Assembly (NCBI RefSeq): GCF_036365525.1
Contig: NC_090378.1
Coordinates: forward strand, 123,737,593-123,801,592
Direction of reading: 5' to 3'
DNA length: 64,000 nt
From: Heterodontus francisci
Taxonomy: Eukaryota
The stretch's first letter is position 1; every line of letters starts with the position of its first letter. The translations under genes were made by a program, and so were the position numbers. Below, piece by piece: positions 50,455 to 61,758 of this stretch. Below the pieces are notes generated by a model. It did not search any database, had not been told where the DNA came from, and saw nothing but the letters and a program-made list of their open reading frames with translations.

Positions 50455-51358
50455 TGGATGAATGGAGCCTTGGCAGGAGACGGCACTGGATGGACGGAGC
50501 CCTGGCTGGAGCCTGCACTGGATGAATGGAGCCCTGGCTGGAGACTGCACTGGATGAATGGAGCCCTGGCTGGAGACTGCACTGGATGAATGGAGCCCTG
50601 GCTAGAGACTGCACTGGATGAATGGAGCCCTGGCTGGAGACGGCACTGGATGAATGGAGCCCTGGCTGGAGACTGCAGTGGATGAATGGAGCCCTGGCTG
50701 CAGACTGCAGTGGATGAATGGAGCCTTGGCTGGAGACTGCACTGGATGAATGGAACCCTGGCTGGAGACTGCACTGGATGAATGGAGCCTTGGCTGGAGA
50801 CTGCACTGGATGAATGGAGCCCTGGCCTGGAGACTGCACTGGATGAATGGAGCCCTGACTGGAGACTGCACTGGATGAATGGAGCCCTGGCTGGAGACTG
50901 CACTGGATGAATGGAGCCCTGGCTGGAGACTGCATTGAATGAATGGAGGCCTGGCTGGAGACTGCATTGGATGAATGGAGGCCTGGCTGGAGACTGCACT
51001 GGATGAATGGAGCCCTGGCTGGAGACTGCATTGGATGAGTGGAGCCCTGACTGGAGACTGCACTGGATGAATGGAGCCCTGGCTGGAGACTGCATTGGAT
51101 GAATGGAGGCCTGGCTGGAGACTGCACTGGATGAATGGAGCCCTGGCTGGAGACTGCATTGGATGAATGGAGCCCTGGCTGGAGACTGCACTGGATGAAT
51201 GGAGCCCTGGCTGGAGACTGCACTGGATGAATGGAGCCCTGGCTGAAGAATGCACTGGATGAATGGAGCCTTGGTTGGAGACTGCACTGGATGAACGGAG
51301 CCCTGGCTGGAGACTGCACTGGATGAATGGAGCCCTGGCTGGAGACTGCACTGGATGG
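50455..51358. repeat. 32-bp minisatellite (~28 units)
   Basis: Unit TGGATGAATGGAGCCCTGGCTGGAGACTGCAC. Confidence 0.95.
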
Positions 51359-51582
51359 ATTAAAGGAAAATGTACATTTTAAATACAGCAACTCAGAGAC
51401 CAGTCAGGGAGGGCGGGACAGTAACCAGTTCATGTTGACCAAGAGCCCGAGTGGTGAGTTTCTGGTTAGAAACTGGACCTTCTGCAGCTTATCCTGGGTA
51501 ACAGCTCAATCATTAAATAATGACCAGTTAAAACAGAGGAAACCCATTTATTATTAACACACACTGACACAATTATAATCAC

Positions 51583-52192
51583 ATCAGAAATAGGAGCAGG
51601 GGAGGCCATTCGGCCCTTCGAATCTACTCCACCATTCAATATGATCATGGCTGGTCTTCTCACTCAATTCCACCTTCCCGTACTATCCCCTATTCCTTAA
51701 TTTCTGTTGTAACCAAAAATGTATGGACCCCTGTCTTCAATATACTCAAGGACTGAGCATCCACAGCTCTCTGGGATACAGAATTCCAAAGATTCCAAAG
51801 ATTCACAACGTCTTGAGTGAAGAAATTTCTCCTTATCTCAGTCTGAAATGGCCGACCCCTTATTCTGAGACTGTGACCCCTAGTTCTAGATTCCCCAGCC
51901 AGGGGAAAACATCCTCCCAGTATCTACCCTGTCGATCACATTACAAATTGTATATCTTTCAATCAGATCTCCTCTCATTCTTCTACATTTCAGGGAATAA
52001 TGTCCCAGTCTACTCAATCTCTCCTCATAGGACAATGCCCTCATCCCAGGAATCAGTCTGGTGAATCTTTGCTGCACTCCTTCCAAGGCCAGTATATCCT
52101 GCCTTAGGTAAAGAGACCAAAACTGTCCACAGTTCACCAGGTGTAGTCTCAGCAAGGTCCGATCGAACTGCAATAAGACTTCTTCATTCTTA
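51583..52192 (-). mobile_element. CR1 LINE 3' fragment
   Basis: LLQFDRTLLRLHLVNCGQFWS..LEGVQQRFTRLIPG..RGDLIE plus CR1 3' UTR. Confidence 0.85.
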
Positions 52193-52197
52193 CATGT

Positions 52198-55100
52198 GGG
52201 GAGGTGGTGGTGTAGTGGTATTGTCACTGGACGAGCGACCCAGGGTATTACTCTGGGGAGATGGGTTCAAATCCCATCAGTGCAGAAGGTGAAACTTGCA
52301 TTCAGTTAATAAATCTGGAATTAATGATGGCTATGAAACCATTACCGATTGTTGTAAAAGCCCATCTGGTTCTCTAATGCCCTTTAGGGAAGGAAATCTG
52401 CCATCCATACTTGGTCTGGCCTATATGTGATTCCAGTCCCAATGCGTTTTATACTTAATGCCTTCTGAGATGGCCTAGCAAGCCACTCAGTTGTATCTAG
52501 TTGCTACAAAGTCAATAAGGAATGAAACTGGACGGACCACACATCATTGACCTGGGCACCAGAAATGACAACGACAAATCCAGTCCTGTCAACCCTGCAA
52601 AGCCCTCCTTCCTAACACCTAGGGATTGTGCCAAAATTGGGAGAGCTGTCCCACAGACTAGTCAAGCAACAGCCTGACATAGATATACTCACGTAATCAT
52701 ACCTTGCAGACAATGCCCCAGATACTGCCATCACCATCCCCATCCCCGCCTATGTCCTGTCCCACCGGCAGGACAGAACCAGCAGAGGGGACAGCACAGT
52801 GGTATACAGTTGGGAGGGTGTCCTCAACTGTGACTCCAGACCCCATGAAGTCTCATGACATCAGGTTAAACATGGGCAAAGAAACCTCCTGCTGATTAAC
52901 ACCTACTGCCCCCCTCAGCTGATGAAGCAGTACTCCTCCATGTTGAACAGCACTTGGAGGAAACACTGAAGCTGGCAAGGGCACAGAATATACTCTGGGT
53001 GGGAGTCTTCAATGTCCATCACCAAGAGTAGCTCGGTAGCACCACTACTGACTGAGCTGGCCAAGTCCTAAATGACATAGCTGCAAGACTGTCTGCAGTA
53101 GGTGGTGAGTGAACCAATAATAGGGTAAAACATACTTGACCTCATCCTCACCAAGCTGCCTGCCACAGATGCTTCTGTCCATGACAGTATTGGTCGGAGT
53201 GACCACCGCACAATCAATGTGGAGACGAAGTCCCGTCTTCGTATTGAAGATACCCTCCATCATGTTGTGTAGCACTAGCACCGTGCTAAATGGGATAAAT
53301 TTTGAACAGATCTAGCAACTCAAAACTGGGCATCCATGAGGCACTATGGGCCATCAGCAGCAGCAGAATTGTACTCAATCACAATCTGTAACCTCATGGC
53401 CTGGCATATCCCCCACTCTATCATTACCATCAAGCCGGGGGATCAACCCTGGTTCAATGAAGAGTGCAGGAGGGCATGCCAGGAGAAGCACCAGGCATAC
53501 CTCAAAATGAGGTGCCAACCCGGTGAAGCTACAACACAGGACTACTTGCCTGCCAAACTGCGTAAGCAGCATGCGATAGACAGAGCTGAGCAATCCCATA
53601 ACCAACGGATCAGATCTAAGCTCTGCAGTCCTGCCACATCCAGTCGTGAATGGTGGTGGACAATTGAACAACTAACTGGAAGAGGAGGCTCCACAAATAT
53701 CCCCAACCTCAATGATGGGGGAGCCCAGCACATCAGTGCAAAAGATAAGGCTGAACCATTTGCAACAATCTTCAGCCAAAAGTCCTGAGTAGATGATCCA
53801 TCTCAGCCTCCTCCTGAAGTCCCCAACATCACAGATGCCAGACTGCAGCCAATGCGATTCACTCCGCGTGATATCAAGATACAACTGAAGGCACTGGATA
53901 CTGCAAAAGCTATGGGCCCTGATAACATTCCAACAACAATACTGAAGGCCTGTGCTCCAGAACTTGTTGCGCCCATAGCCAAGCTGTTCCAGTTCAGGTA
54001 CAACACTGGCATCTACCCTGCAATGTGGAAAATTGCCCAGGTATGTCCTATACACAAAAAGCTGGACAAATCCAACCCGGCCAATTACCGCCCCATCAGC
54101 CGACTCGCAATCATCGGTAAAGTGATGGAAGGTGTCATCAACAGTGCCATCAAGCGGCACCTGCTTAGCAATAACCGGCTCAGTGATGCTCAGTTTGGGT
54201 CCCGCTAGGGCCACTCAGCTCCTGACCTCATTACAGCCTTGGTTCAAACATGGACAAAAGAGCTGAACTAAAGAGGTGAGGTGAGAGTGACTGCCCTTGA
54301 CATCAAGGCAGCATTTGACAGAGTATGGCATCAAAGAGCCCGAGCAAAACTGAGGTCAATGGGAATCAGGGGGAAACCCTCCACTGGCTGGAGTCATACC
54401 TAGCACAAAGGAAGATGGTTGTGGTTGTTGGAGATCAATCATCTGAGCTCCAGGACAACACTGCAGGAGTTCTGTAGGGTAGTGTCCTGGGTCCAACCAT
54501 CTTCAGCTGCTTCATCAATGAGCTTCCTTCAATTATAAGGTCAGAAGTGGGGATGTTCGCTGATGATTGCACAATGTTCAGCACCATTTGTGACTCCTCA
54601 GATACTGAAGCAGTCCGTGTAGAAATGCAGCAAGACCTGGACAATATCCAGGCTTGGGCTAATAAGTGGCAAGTAACATTCGCGCCACACAAGTGCCAGG
54701 CACTGACCATCTCCAACAAGTAAGAATCTAAATATTTTCCCTTGACATTCAATGGCATTACAATCGCGGAATGCTCCACTATCAATATCCTGGGGGTTAC
54801 CATTGACCAGAAACTGAACTGAAGTAGCCATATAAATACCGTGGCTACAAGAGCAAGTCAGAGGCTAGGAATCCTGTGGCGAGTAACTCACCTCCTGACT
54901 CCCCAAAGCCTGTCCACCATCTACAAGGCACAAGTCAGGAGTGTGATGGAATACTCTCCACTTGCCTGGATGGGTACAGCTCCAACAACACTCAAGAAGC
55001 TCGATACCATCCAGGACAAAGCAGCCTGCTTGATTGGCACCCCATCCACAAACATTCACTCCCTCCACAAGAGACCTACAATGGCAGCAGTGTGTACCAT

Positions 55101-55455
55101 CTACAAGATGCACTGCAGTAAGACACCAAGCCTCCTTAGGCAACACCTTCCAAACCTGTGACATCTACCACCTAGATGGACAAGGGCAGCAGATGCATGG
55201 GAACACGACCACCTGCAAGTTCCCCTCCAAGTCACACACCATCCTGACTTGGAACGATATTCCCATTTCTTCACTGTCGTTGGGTCAAAATCCTGGAACT
55301 CCCTTCTTAACAGCACTGTGGGTATACCTACCCCAAATGGACTGCAGCGGTTCAAGAAGGCAGCTCACCATCACCTTCTCAAGGGCAATTAGGGATGGAC
55401 AATAAATGCTGGCCTAGCCAGTGATGCCCACATCCCATGAATGAATAAGAAAAAG
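52198..55455 (+). mobile_element. ~3.26-kb composite element: tRNA/Deu-SINE head fused to a single APE-RT LINE ORF (decayed, no ORF1)
   Basis: A-box 52208-52218, B-box 52264-52274, Deu-like domain, then APE (LVKQQPDI, SDH) and RT (KAMGPDNIP, NYRPIS, LDIKAAFDRVWH, FADD, YKAQVRSVMEY); tail CATGAATGAATAAGAAAAA; CATGT direct repeat on both sides. Confidence 0.88.
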
Positions 55456-55839
55456 CATGTACAGGAGCTGACACAGAGTCTCTGTCTATCTCTCTCTCTG
55501 TCTCTCTCTCCATCTCACTCTCTCTTTCTATCTATCTCTCTCAATCTCTGTCCCATCCTCTACCTCTGATGGTGTTCTATGGGTGTGAGTGTTTAATATA
55601 AGGTGGTGTTTGTCAGTATATTTTCTCTACTGTATGGTTTATGAACATGGTGAGAGGGGATAAGGGGTCTGTTCTTTGATGTGAGGCAGTGATGTCTGTC
55701 CCAGTGACTCAGACTGTGATGCTGTTGTTTTCTGTGACTGACACTATGATATCGATTGTAATTTCACTCAGTGTGACAGGAGGTTACATGGCTTGATCAG
55801 TGGTGAGGGCGGAGCAGACTGAACAAGGAGCTGTAATCA

Positions 55840-55930
55840 TCAGTCACTGCCGAACACCTTCACACACACCGCACAGTCCGGAAACTTCTTCACTAAATAT
55901 TCTTTCAGCTCCTTAATTACAGCCCTGGAC
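55840..55930 (-). other. Putative isolated terminal coding exon of an unidentified gene
   Basis: Strong acceptor ctttctctttttcctttttcag; phase-2 frame SRAVIKELKEYLVKKFPDCAVCVKVFGSD followed by TGA TGA. Confidence 0.35.
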
Positions 55931-56184
55931 CTGAAAAAGGAAAAAGAGAAAGACATCTTTTAGAGAGGGTCCTGGACACAGTGTAGACTGTGCATTACCC
56001 ACTAATGACACTACGTCCATATTTAACTCATTGTTTAAACTCCAGCACACCTCCTGTTCCAATCCACATGTTTCAGCCAAAAAGCAGTATAATTCTACAG
56101 CACAGGAGGAGGCCGTTCAGCCCTCGTCTCTCTGACGGCTGTTTGCTCGAGTAATTCACGACTAACATCTCAGTTTAACATCTG

Positions 56185-57640
56185 TTTTGGGGAAGTTATT
56201 TGAATCTGTTATTAGGGACAGAATGACTGACAAATATAAACTGATCAGAGAGAGTCAGCACGGATTTAAAAAGGGTGAAACATGTTTAACTAACTGAGTT
56301 GTATTTTTTGAAGCGGTCACTAATGTGGTCGATAAGGGAATGTCTATGGATGTTATTTATATGGATTTCCAGAAGGCATTTGAGAAGGTTCCACACAAGA
56401 GACTGTTCGCAAAATGGAAGCATATGGAATGTGAGGAAATGTTTTGACATGGGTAAGGAATTGGTTAGGAGGTAGGAGACAGAGAGTAGGGATAATGTGT
56501 ATTTACTCCAATTAGCAAGATGTGAATCGTGGTGTCCCCAGGGATCTGTGCTGGAGCCTCAACTTTTCACTATATTGATCAATGACTTGGATGAAGGAAT
56601 AGAGACATCTATCCAAGATTGTTGATGACACGAAGTTCAGCAGCTTGGAGGAGGTTCCAGAGATAGGGAGGGATTTGATAACAAGGATGAGAATTTTAAA
56701 ACTGAGCCATTGCCGAACCAGGAGACAATGTTGTCCAATGAGCATCGAGGTGATGGGGGAACTTACTGCGAGTTCGAACGCAGGCAGCAGAGTTTTAGAT
56801 GAGATCAAGTTTACAGTGGGTAGAATGTGTGAGACCTGTCAGGAGAGCATTGGAATACTCAAGTCTAGAGGTAATAAATGCATGGATGAGGGTTTCAGCA
56901 GTGGATGAGCTGAGGTGTGGTAGAAACTGGTAATGTTAGCAATGTGGAAATAGGTGGTTTTAGTGATGATGTGGTTTATGTGGTCAGTAACACATCTCAG
57001 CATCAACTACAATGCCATGGCTGTGAACTGCCTGGTTCAGTCTCAGACAGTCCCTGGGAGAGGGATGGAATCAGTGGCTCGGGAATGGAGTTTGTGACGG
57101 GGACCGAAGACAATGGCAGATGGAGTTCAATGTGGACAGTGTGAGGTCATCCAGTTTGGACCTGAGAAAGATAAATCAGAGTAATTTCTAAATGGTGAGA
57201 AGCTGAGAACTGTGGAGGAACAGAGAGATTTAAGGGTCCAAGTACAAAAAGTACTAAAATCTAGTGACAGGTACAAAACATATTGAATAAGGCTAATGGA
57301 ATGTTGGTCTTTCTATCAAGGGGACTGGAATACAAAGGGGTTTTACTCCAGTTGAATAAAGCTCTGGTTTAACTGCATCTGGAGTAACTGTGTTCAGTTC
57401 TGGGCCCCGCACCTCAGGAAGGAGAGATGGGCCTTGGAGGGGGTGCAGCACCGATTCACCAGAATGATACCGGGACTGAAAGGGTTAAATTATCAGGACA
57501 GATTGTATAGACTAGGCTTGTATTCCCTTGAGTTCAGAGAATTTAGGGGTGATCTCATTGAGGTATTTAAGCTGAATAAAGGATTAAAATGATTCAGAGA
57601 GATCAAGAGAAACTGTTTCCTCTGGTGGGGGAGTCAAGAG
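56185..57640 (+). mobile_element. CR1 RT fragment interrupted by a minus-strand L2-like fragment (~56645-57115)
   Basis: ESQHGFKKG, YMDFQKAFEKVPH, GVPQGS, DDTK, resuming with WQMEFNVD..VQFWAPHLRK; the insert has L2-type 3' sequence. Confidence 0.75.
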
Positions 57641-58364
57641 AATTCAGAGAATTCACTAAACAATCAGCTTTGATCTTCCCAATGTGTTTCCCAGTGAGAC
57701 TGGGTCCTCAGTGCTGACTGCTCTCAGCTGCTGTTATTTTCACTGATTGGACGGTTATTATTAGAGACTCAGACCACAGCAGAAATCCCCAATGTAAAAA
57801 ATAACTGCAAAGACTGTCAGTTCGGAAGATTGAAACTGAACCAACAGAGGAAGTGAAAGAAGGAGCTTGGAGCAGCTGGACATTTGTTAATGACACGGGA
57901 GAAAACTGTGAACCGCACACACTATCTAGAATTTTACAGCACAGAAGGAGGCCATTCAGCCCATCGTGCCTGTGAGCTACCCAATTAGTCCCACTGCCCC
58001 TCTCTGGCCCAAAAACCCAGCAAATCTTTCCTTTTCAGGTATATCTCCAATTCCCTTATCGAGACCTGGGCCCACAGTACGAGACTGTCCCTAACCTGGG
58101 CTCGAAATTGGCATCTCATTCATTCATTGGAAGACAAAATGCCTGGTGTGGGAAATGGAGCTCAGGACTCCGAACATTCCCTCTCCCCTTCTGAGCGACA
58201 CTTCATGCTGGGGTGACAGTTCCATGGGCCCCGAAAGCACATTCCTACCTCACCCACTTCCCCATTCTGTGTCTATAAGCCTGGACCCTGTCAACAGGAT
58301 ATTTGACTACAGGGACCATCACCACTGTATCCAATTCTGTCCCCACCCGAAATCCACACCCAAC

Positions 58365-59000
58365 TTGAATTTATATAGCGCCTATAATATACAAAACGTC
58401 ACAAGATGCTTCACAGAGCTGCAGTATGAGGAACGGAGGAGGTGGTGAGGGGTCTTTAGGAAGAGTGATCAAAGGCTTGGGTGAAAGGATAGAGTTTGAT
58501 GGAGCAGAGAGAGACCTGGTGAGGGAGAGGGATTAATGGCGGGAGTTCAGAGAGCAGGGCCGAGGCATCTGAAGACCCTGCTGTCAATGGTGGGATGAAG
58601 GAAGCAGCAATGGGCAGGAAAGCAGTGTCAGAAGATGGAAGAGTGAGAGAGGGAATGTGGGTCTGCAGCAGGAGGCAAAGGTAGGGAGGAGTGAGGCCAT
58701 GGAGGAAAACAGAGGTCGGTAAGGTCAGGGGTAGTAGGTCATTGAGGTCAGGGGTATTGGTGGAAAGGCACTTGGTGTGGGTACTGACCACTGCATTTCA
58801 GACAAGTCGGGGTTTATGGAGCATGGATGAAGGAAGCCGGCAGAGGACATGGGAATAATCAAGTTAGGAGGCGAGACAAGCAGGGATAAGGGTTTGTGTG
58901 GTCAAGGGGCTGATGTAGTGTAGAGACGGGCAATGTTGTGGAGATGGAAAAAAGAGGCTGACATGATGGATAGGATGTGGGGTTTGAAGCTCAACCACTG
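58365..59000 (-). mobile_element. L2-like LINE 3' fragment, degenerate
   Basis: aacttgaatttatatagcgcct..acaaaacgtcacaagatgcttcacag tail typical of L2-family ends; LHGLTPPYLCLLLQ..LPSSD remnant. Confidence 0.55.
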
Positions 59001-59910
59001 GAGGCCCAGTGGAATGAAGGCCCATGTTTACTGGTCCCTATTGGAGGTCCAGTGGGAAGGAGGCCCATGTTTACTGGTCCCATTTGGAGGTCCAGTGGGA
59101 AGGAGGCCCATGTTTACTGGTCCCTATTGGAGGTCCAGTGGGAAGGAGGTCCATGTTTACTGGGCCTATTGGAGGTCCAGTGGGAAGGAGGCCTATGTTT
59201 ACTGGTCCCTACTGGAGGGCCAGTGGGAAGGAGGCCCATGTTTACTGATCCCTACTGGAGGCCCAGTGGGATGGAGGCCAATGTTTGCTGGTCCCTATTG
59301 GATGCCCAGTGGGAAGGAGACCCATGTTTACTGGTCCCTATTGGATGCCCAGTGGGAAGGAGGCCCATGTTTACTGGTCCCTATTGGATGCCCAGTGGGA
59401 AGGAGGCCCATGTTTACTGGTCCCTATTGGATGCCCAGTGGGAAGGAGGCCATGTTTACTGGTCCCTATTGGATGCCCAGTGGGAAGGAGGCCCATGTTT
59501 ACTGGTCCCTATTGGAGGACCCAGTGGGAAGGAGGCCCATGTTTACTGGTCCCTATTGGAGGCCCAGTGGGATGGAGGCCCATGTTTGCTGGTCCCTATT
59601 GGATGCCCAGTGGGAAGGAGGCCCATGTTTACTGGTCCCTATTGGATGCCAGTGGGAAGGAGGCCCATGTTTACTGGTCCCTATTGGATGCCCAGTGGGA
59701 AGGAGGCCCATGTTTACTGGTCCCTATTGGAGGCCCAGTGGGATGGAGGCCCATGTTTGCTGGTCCCTATTGGATGCCCAGTGGGAAGGAGGCCCATGTT
59801 TACTGGTCCCTATTGGATGCCCAGTGGGAAGGAGGCCCATGTTTACTGGTCCCTATTGGAGGTCCAGTGGGAAGGAGGCCCATGTTTACTGGTCCCTATT
59901 GGAGGACCAA
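59000..59910. repeat. 43-bp minisatellite (~21 units)
   Basis: Unit CCAGTGGGAAGGAGGCCCATGTTTACTGGTCCCTATTGGATGC. Confidence 0.95.
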
Positions 59911-60529
59911 TGGAACATGGACACTATGGTTGATGTGGAGGACAGCTCCTTCATGTTGTAAATGTTTGATTGTCCGCCCCTCATCCCAGAAAAACTCCAA
60001 TCACCTGGAGCCTGACCATGGAAGGGGATGGAGAGGGGAAGGGATTTGAACATGTTATGAGCTGACAGGATGGGGCAGTGGGTCAGACTCTGTCCTGTCC
60101 CTCCAGCTCACACTGATGGGGTGAGGATCTCCTCTCTCTGCTGGGCCTTCATGAAATGAGCTTTCTGTCCAAACCAGTCCCATTGAGAATAGGCCAACAG
60201 CACAGAACTGTCCTAAATTTGACAATAATCTGCCAGTCTTACTGAGAGAGGTCAAAGCATGGTCACTGTGGGGAATGGGGCCTTACTCCAGGAGAAGGCA
60301 TGTTTCTGGTGTCAAGGGTTAACATCCATTGGTGGGGCAGAGCAGAGGGAGTTTTACCCTTCATGTAACTGTGCTCCACCTGGGAGACTGTGGGAAAGAG
60401 AGAGTGAGGTGGAGGCTGTGAGACAGAGAGAGATAGAGAGGGAGACATTTAACTGCTGCACCAGGCCTCAAAGTGTTCCAGTCTCCAGTAATAACTGCTG
60501 TTATAGAGATCAGTTACAGAATTACAGAA

Positions 60530-61045
60530 CAATGGAGGGTGGGAGAGAGATGAGTAGGCAGAGGAACAAGGACAGAGAGATAGAGAGATAGGGAGGGAGA
60601 GAGACAGAGACAGGGAGACAGGGAGAGGAGGAGAGAGCAAAATAGGGAGAGTGAGATTGGAAGAACAAGATGGGGAGACAGGCAAAGAGTGAGGGAGAGA
60701 GAGATGAGTAGGCAGAAAGACAAAGACACAGACAGAGAGAGATACAGACAGAGAATGAGGGAGAGAGAGCGGACAGAGAGCAGGCAGAGAGACAAAGAGT
60801 GAGAGGTAGGGATGGGGAGAAGCAGAAAAAGAGAGAAAGAGATATGGAGAGAGAGACAAGGAGAATGAGGGAAGGGGAGTGAGAAAGATTTCAGGAGGGT
60901 GGGGGAGAGAGACAGTGAGTGAGAGGGAGAGGGCAAAAGAGGGAAAGGGATTGAGATAGAAGGAGAGAAAGAGGCAGAGAGAGAGGGGGTGTGAAATAGA
61001 AGGAGGGAGGCAGTGAGGGAAACAGAAAGAGAGAAGAGGAAGTGA
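60530..61045. repeat. Polypurine (GA-rich) low-complexity tract
   Basis: Strongly purine-biased on + for ~500 bp directly upstream of the V promoter. Confidence 0.85.
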
Positions 61046-61132
61046 GAGTTGCTGACGTGCCTTTCTCTGGGTGATACCATTTACATACTGAGAAACAGGC
61101 AGTCAGACTCTCACAGGCTGCAGCTTTATAAA
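61036..61132 (+). promoter_or_regulatory. Ig light-chain V promoter
   Basis: Ets/PU.1-like GAGGAAGTG 61036-61044, CRE half-site TGACGT 61053-61058, octamer variant ATTTACAT 61079-61086, TATAAA 61127-61132. Confidence 0.7.
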
Positions 61133-61192
61133 GCAGAGCCCAGTGAAGGGAGAGTTTATCAGTAACCAGGCACAGAGACAGGAGCAGGCACC

Positions 61193-61241
61193 ATGATTTC
61201 ACCCATCCAGCTGATCTGGCCTCTGGCATTCTGCGTCGCAG
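61193..61241 (+). CDS. IGKV: Ig kappa-type light chain leader exon (L-part1)
   Basis: GCACCATG; MISPIQLIWPLAFCVA-G; phase-1 donor G|gtac. Confidence 0.93.
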
Positions 61242-61427
61242 GTACAAATCTCTCTCCTTCCACGTTTAATATTTTCCTGCTGTTTATTTCAGTCCAATTC
61301 TACTGACTTGTGATTGGAGGGAAAAGGCTGAAACATGAGGAGCGGTCACTGTCTCTAATAATGTCTCATTTTACAGGGTCTTTCTGTGACAGTTCTTACT
61401 TCACTCTGTTTCTCTATTACCCCTCAG

Positions 61428-61725
61428 GTATCAGTGGAGACACCATCATGACCCAGTCTCCACCGGCACTGTCAGTGACACTGGGACAGACCGCAACGAT
61501 CACCTGTACGGCCAGCCAGTCCGTAGGCAAATATGTAGCTTGGTATCAGCAGCGAGACGGTCAGAAACCCACTCTCCTGATCTATTATGCAACAACTCGA
61601 TACACAGGAACATCCGAACGATTCACCGGCAGTCAACAGAACACCAAATTCACTCTGACAATCAGTAATGTACAGAATGAGGATGTTGCAGATTATTACT
61701 GTCAGCAAACTTACAGCAGCCCCTA
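61428..61725 (+). CDS. IGKV: Ig kappa-type (shark NS4/type III) light chain V exon, germline unrearranged, intact frame
   Basis: Acceptor ccctcag; [78 protein letters not shown] with both canonical Cys and Trp. Confidence 0.96.
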
Positions 61726-61753
61726 CACAGTGAGACAGAGCCGCACAAAAACC
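61726..61753 (+). promoter_or_regulatory. V(D)J recombination signal sequence, 12-bp spacer
   Basis: CACAGTG - AGACAGAGCCGC (12) - ACAAAAACC; consensus heptamer and nonamer. Confidence 0.98.
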
Positions 61754-61758
61754 TCAAT

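Noticed and set aside
50412-51391. 250-320-aa minus-strand ORFs
   Set aside because: Translations of the 32-bp minisatellite cycling through frames
58933-60049. 250-340-aa Trp/Gly/Pro-rich ORFs
   Set aside because: Translations of the 43-bp minisatellite; all three frames give the same permuted peptide
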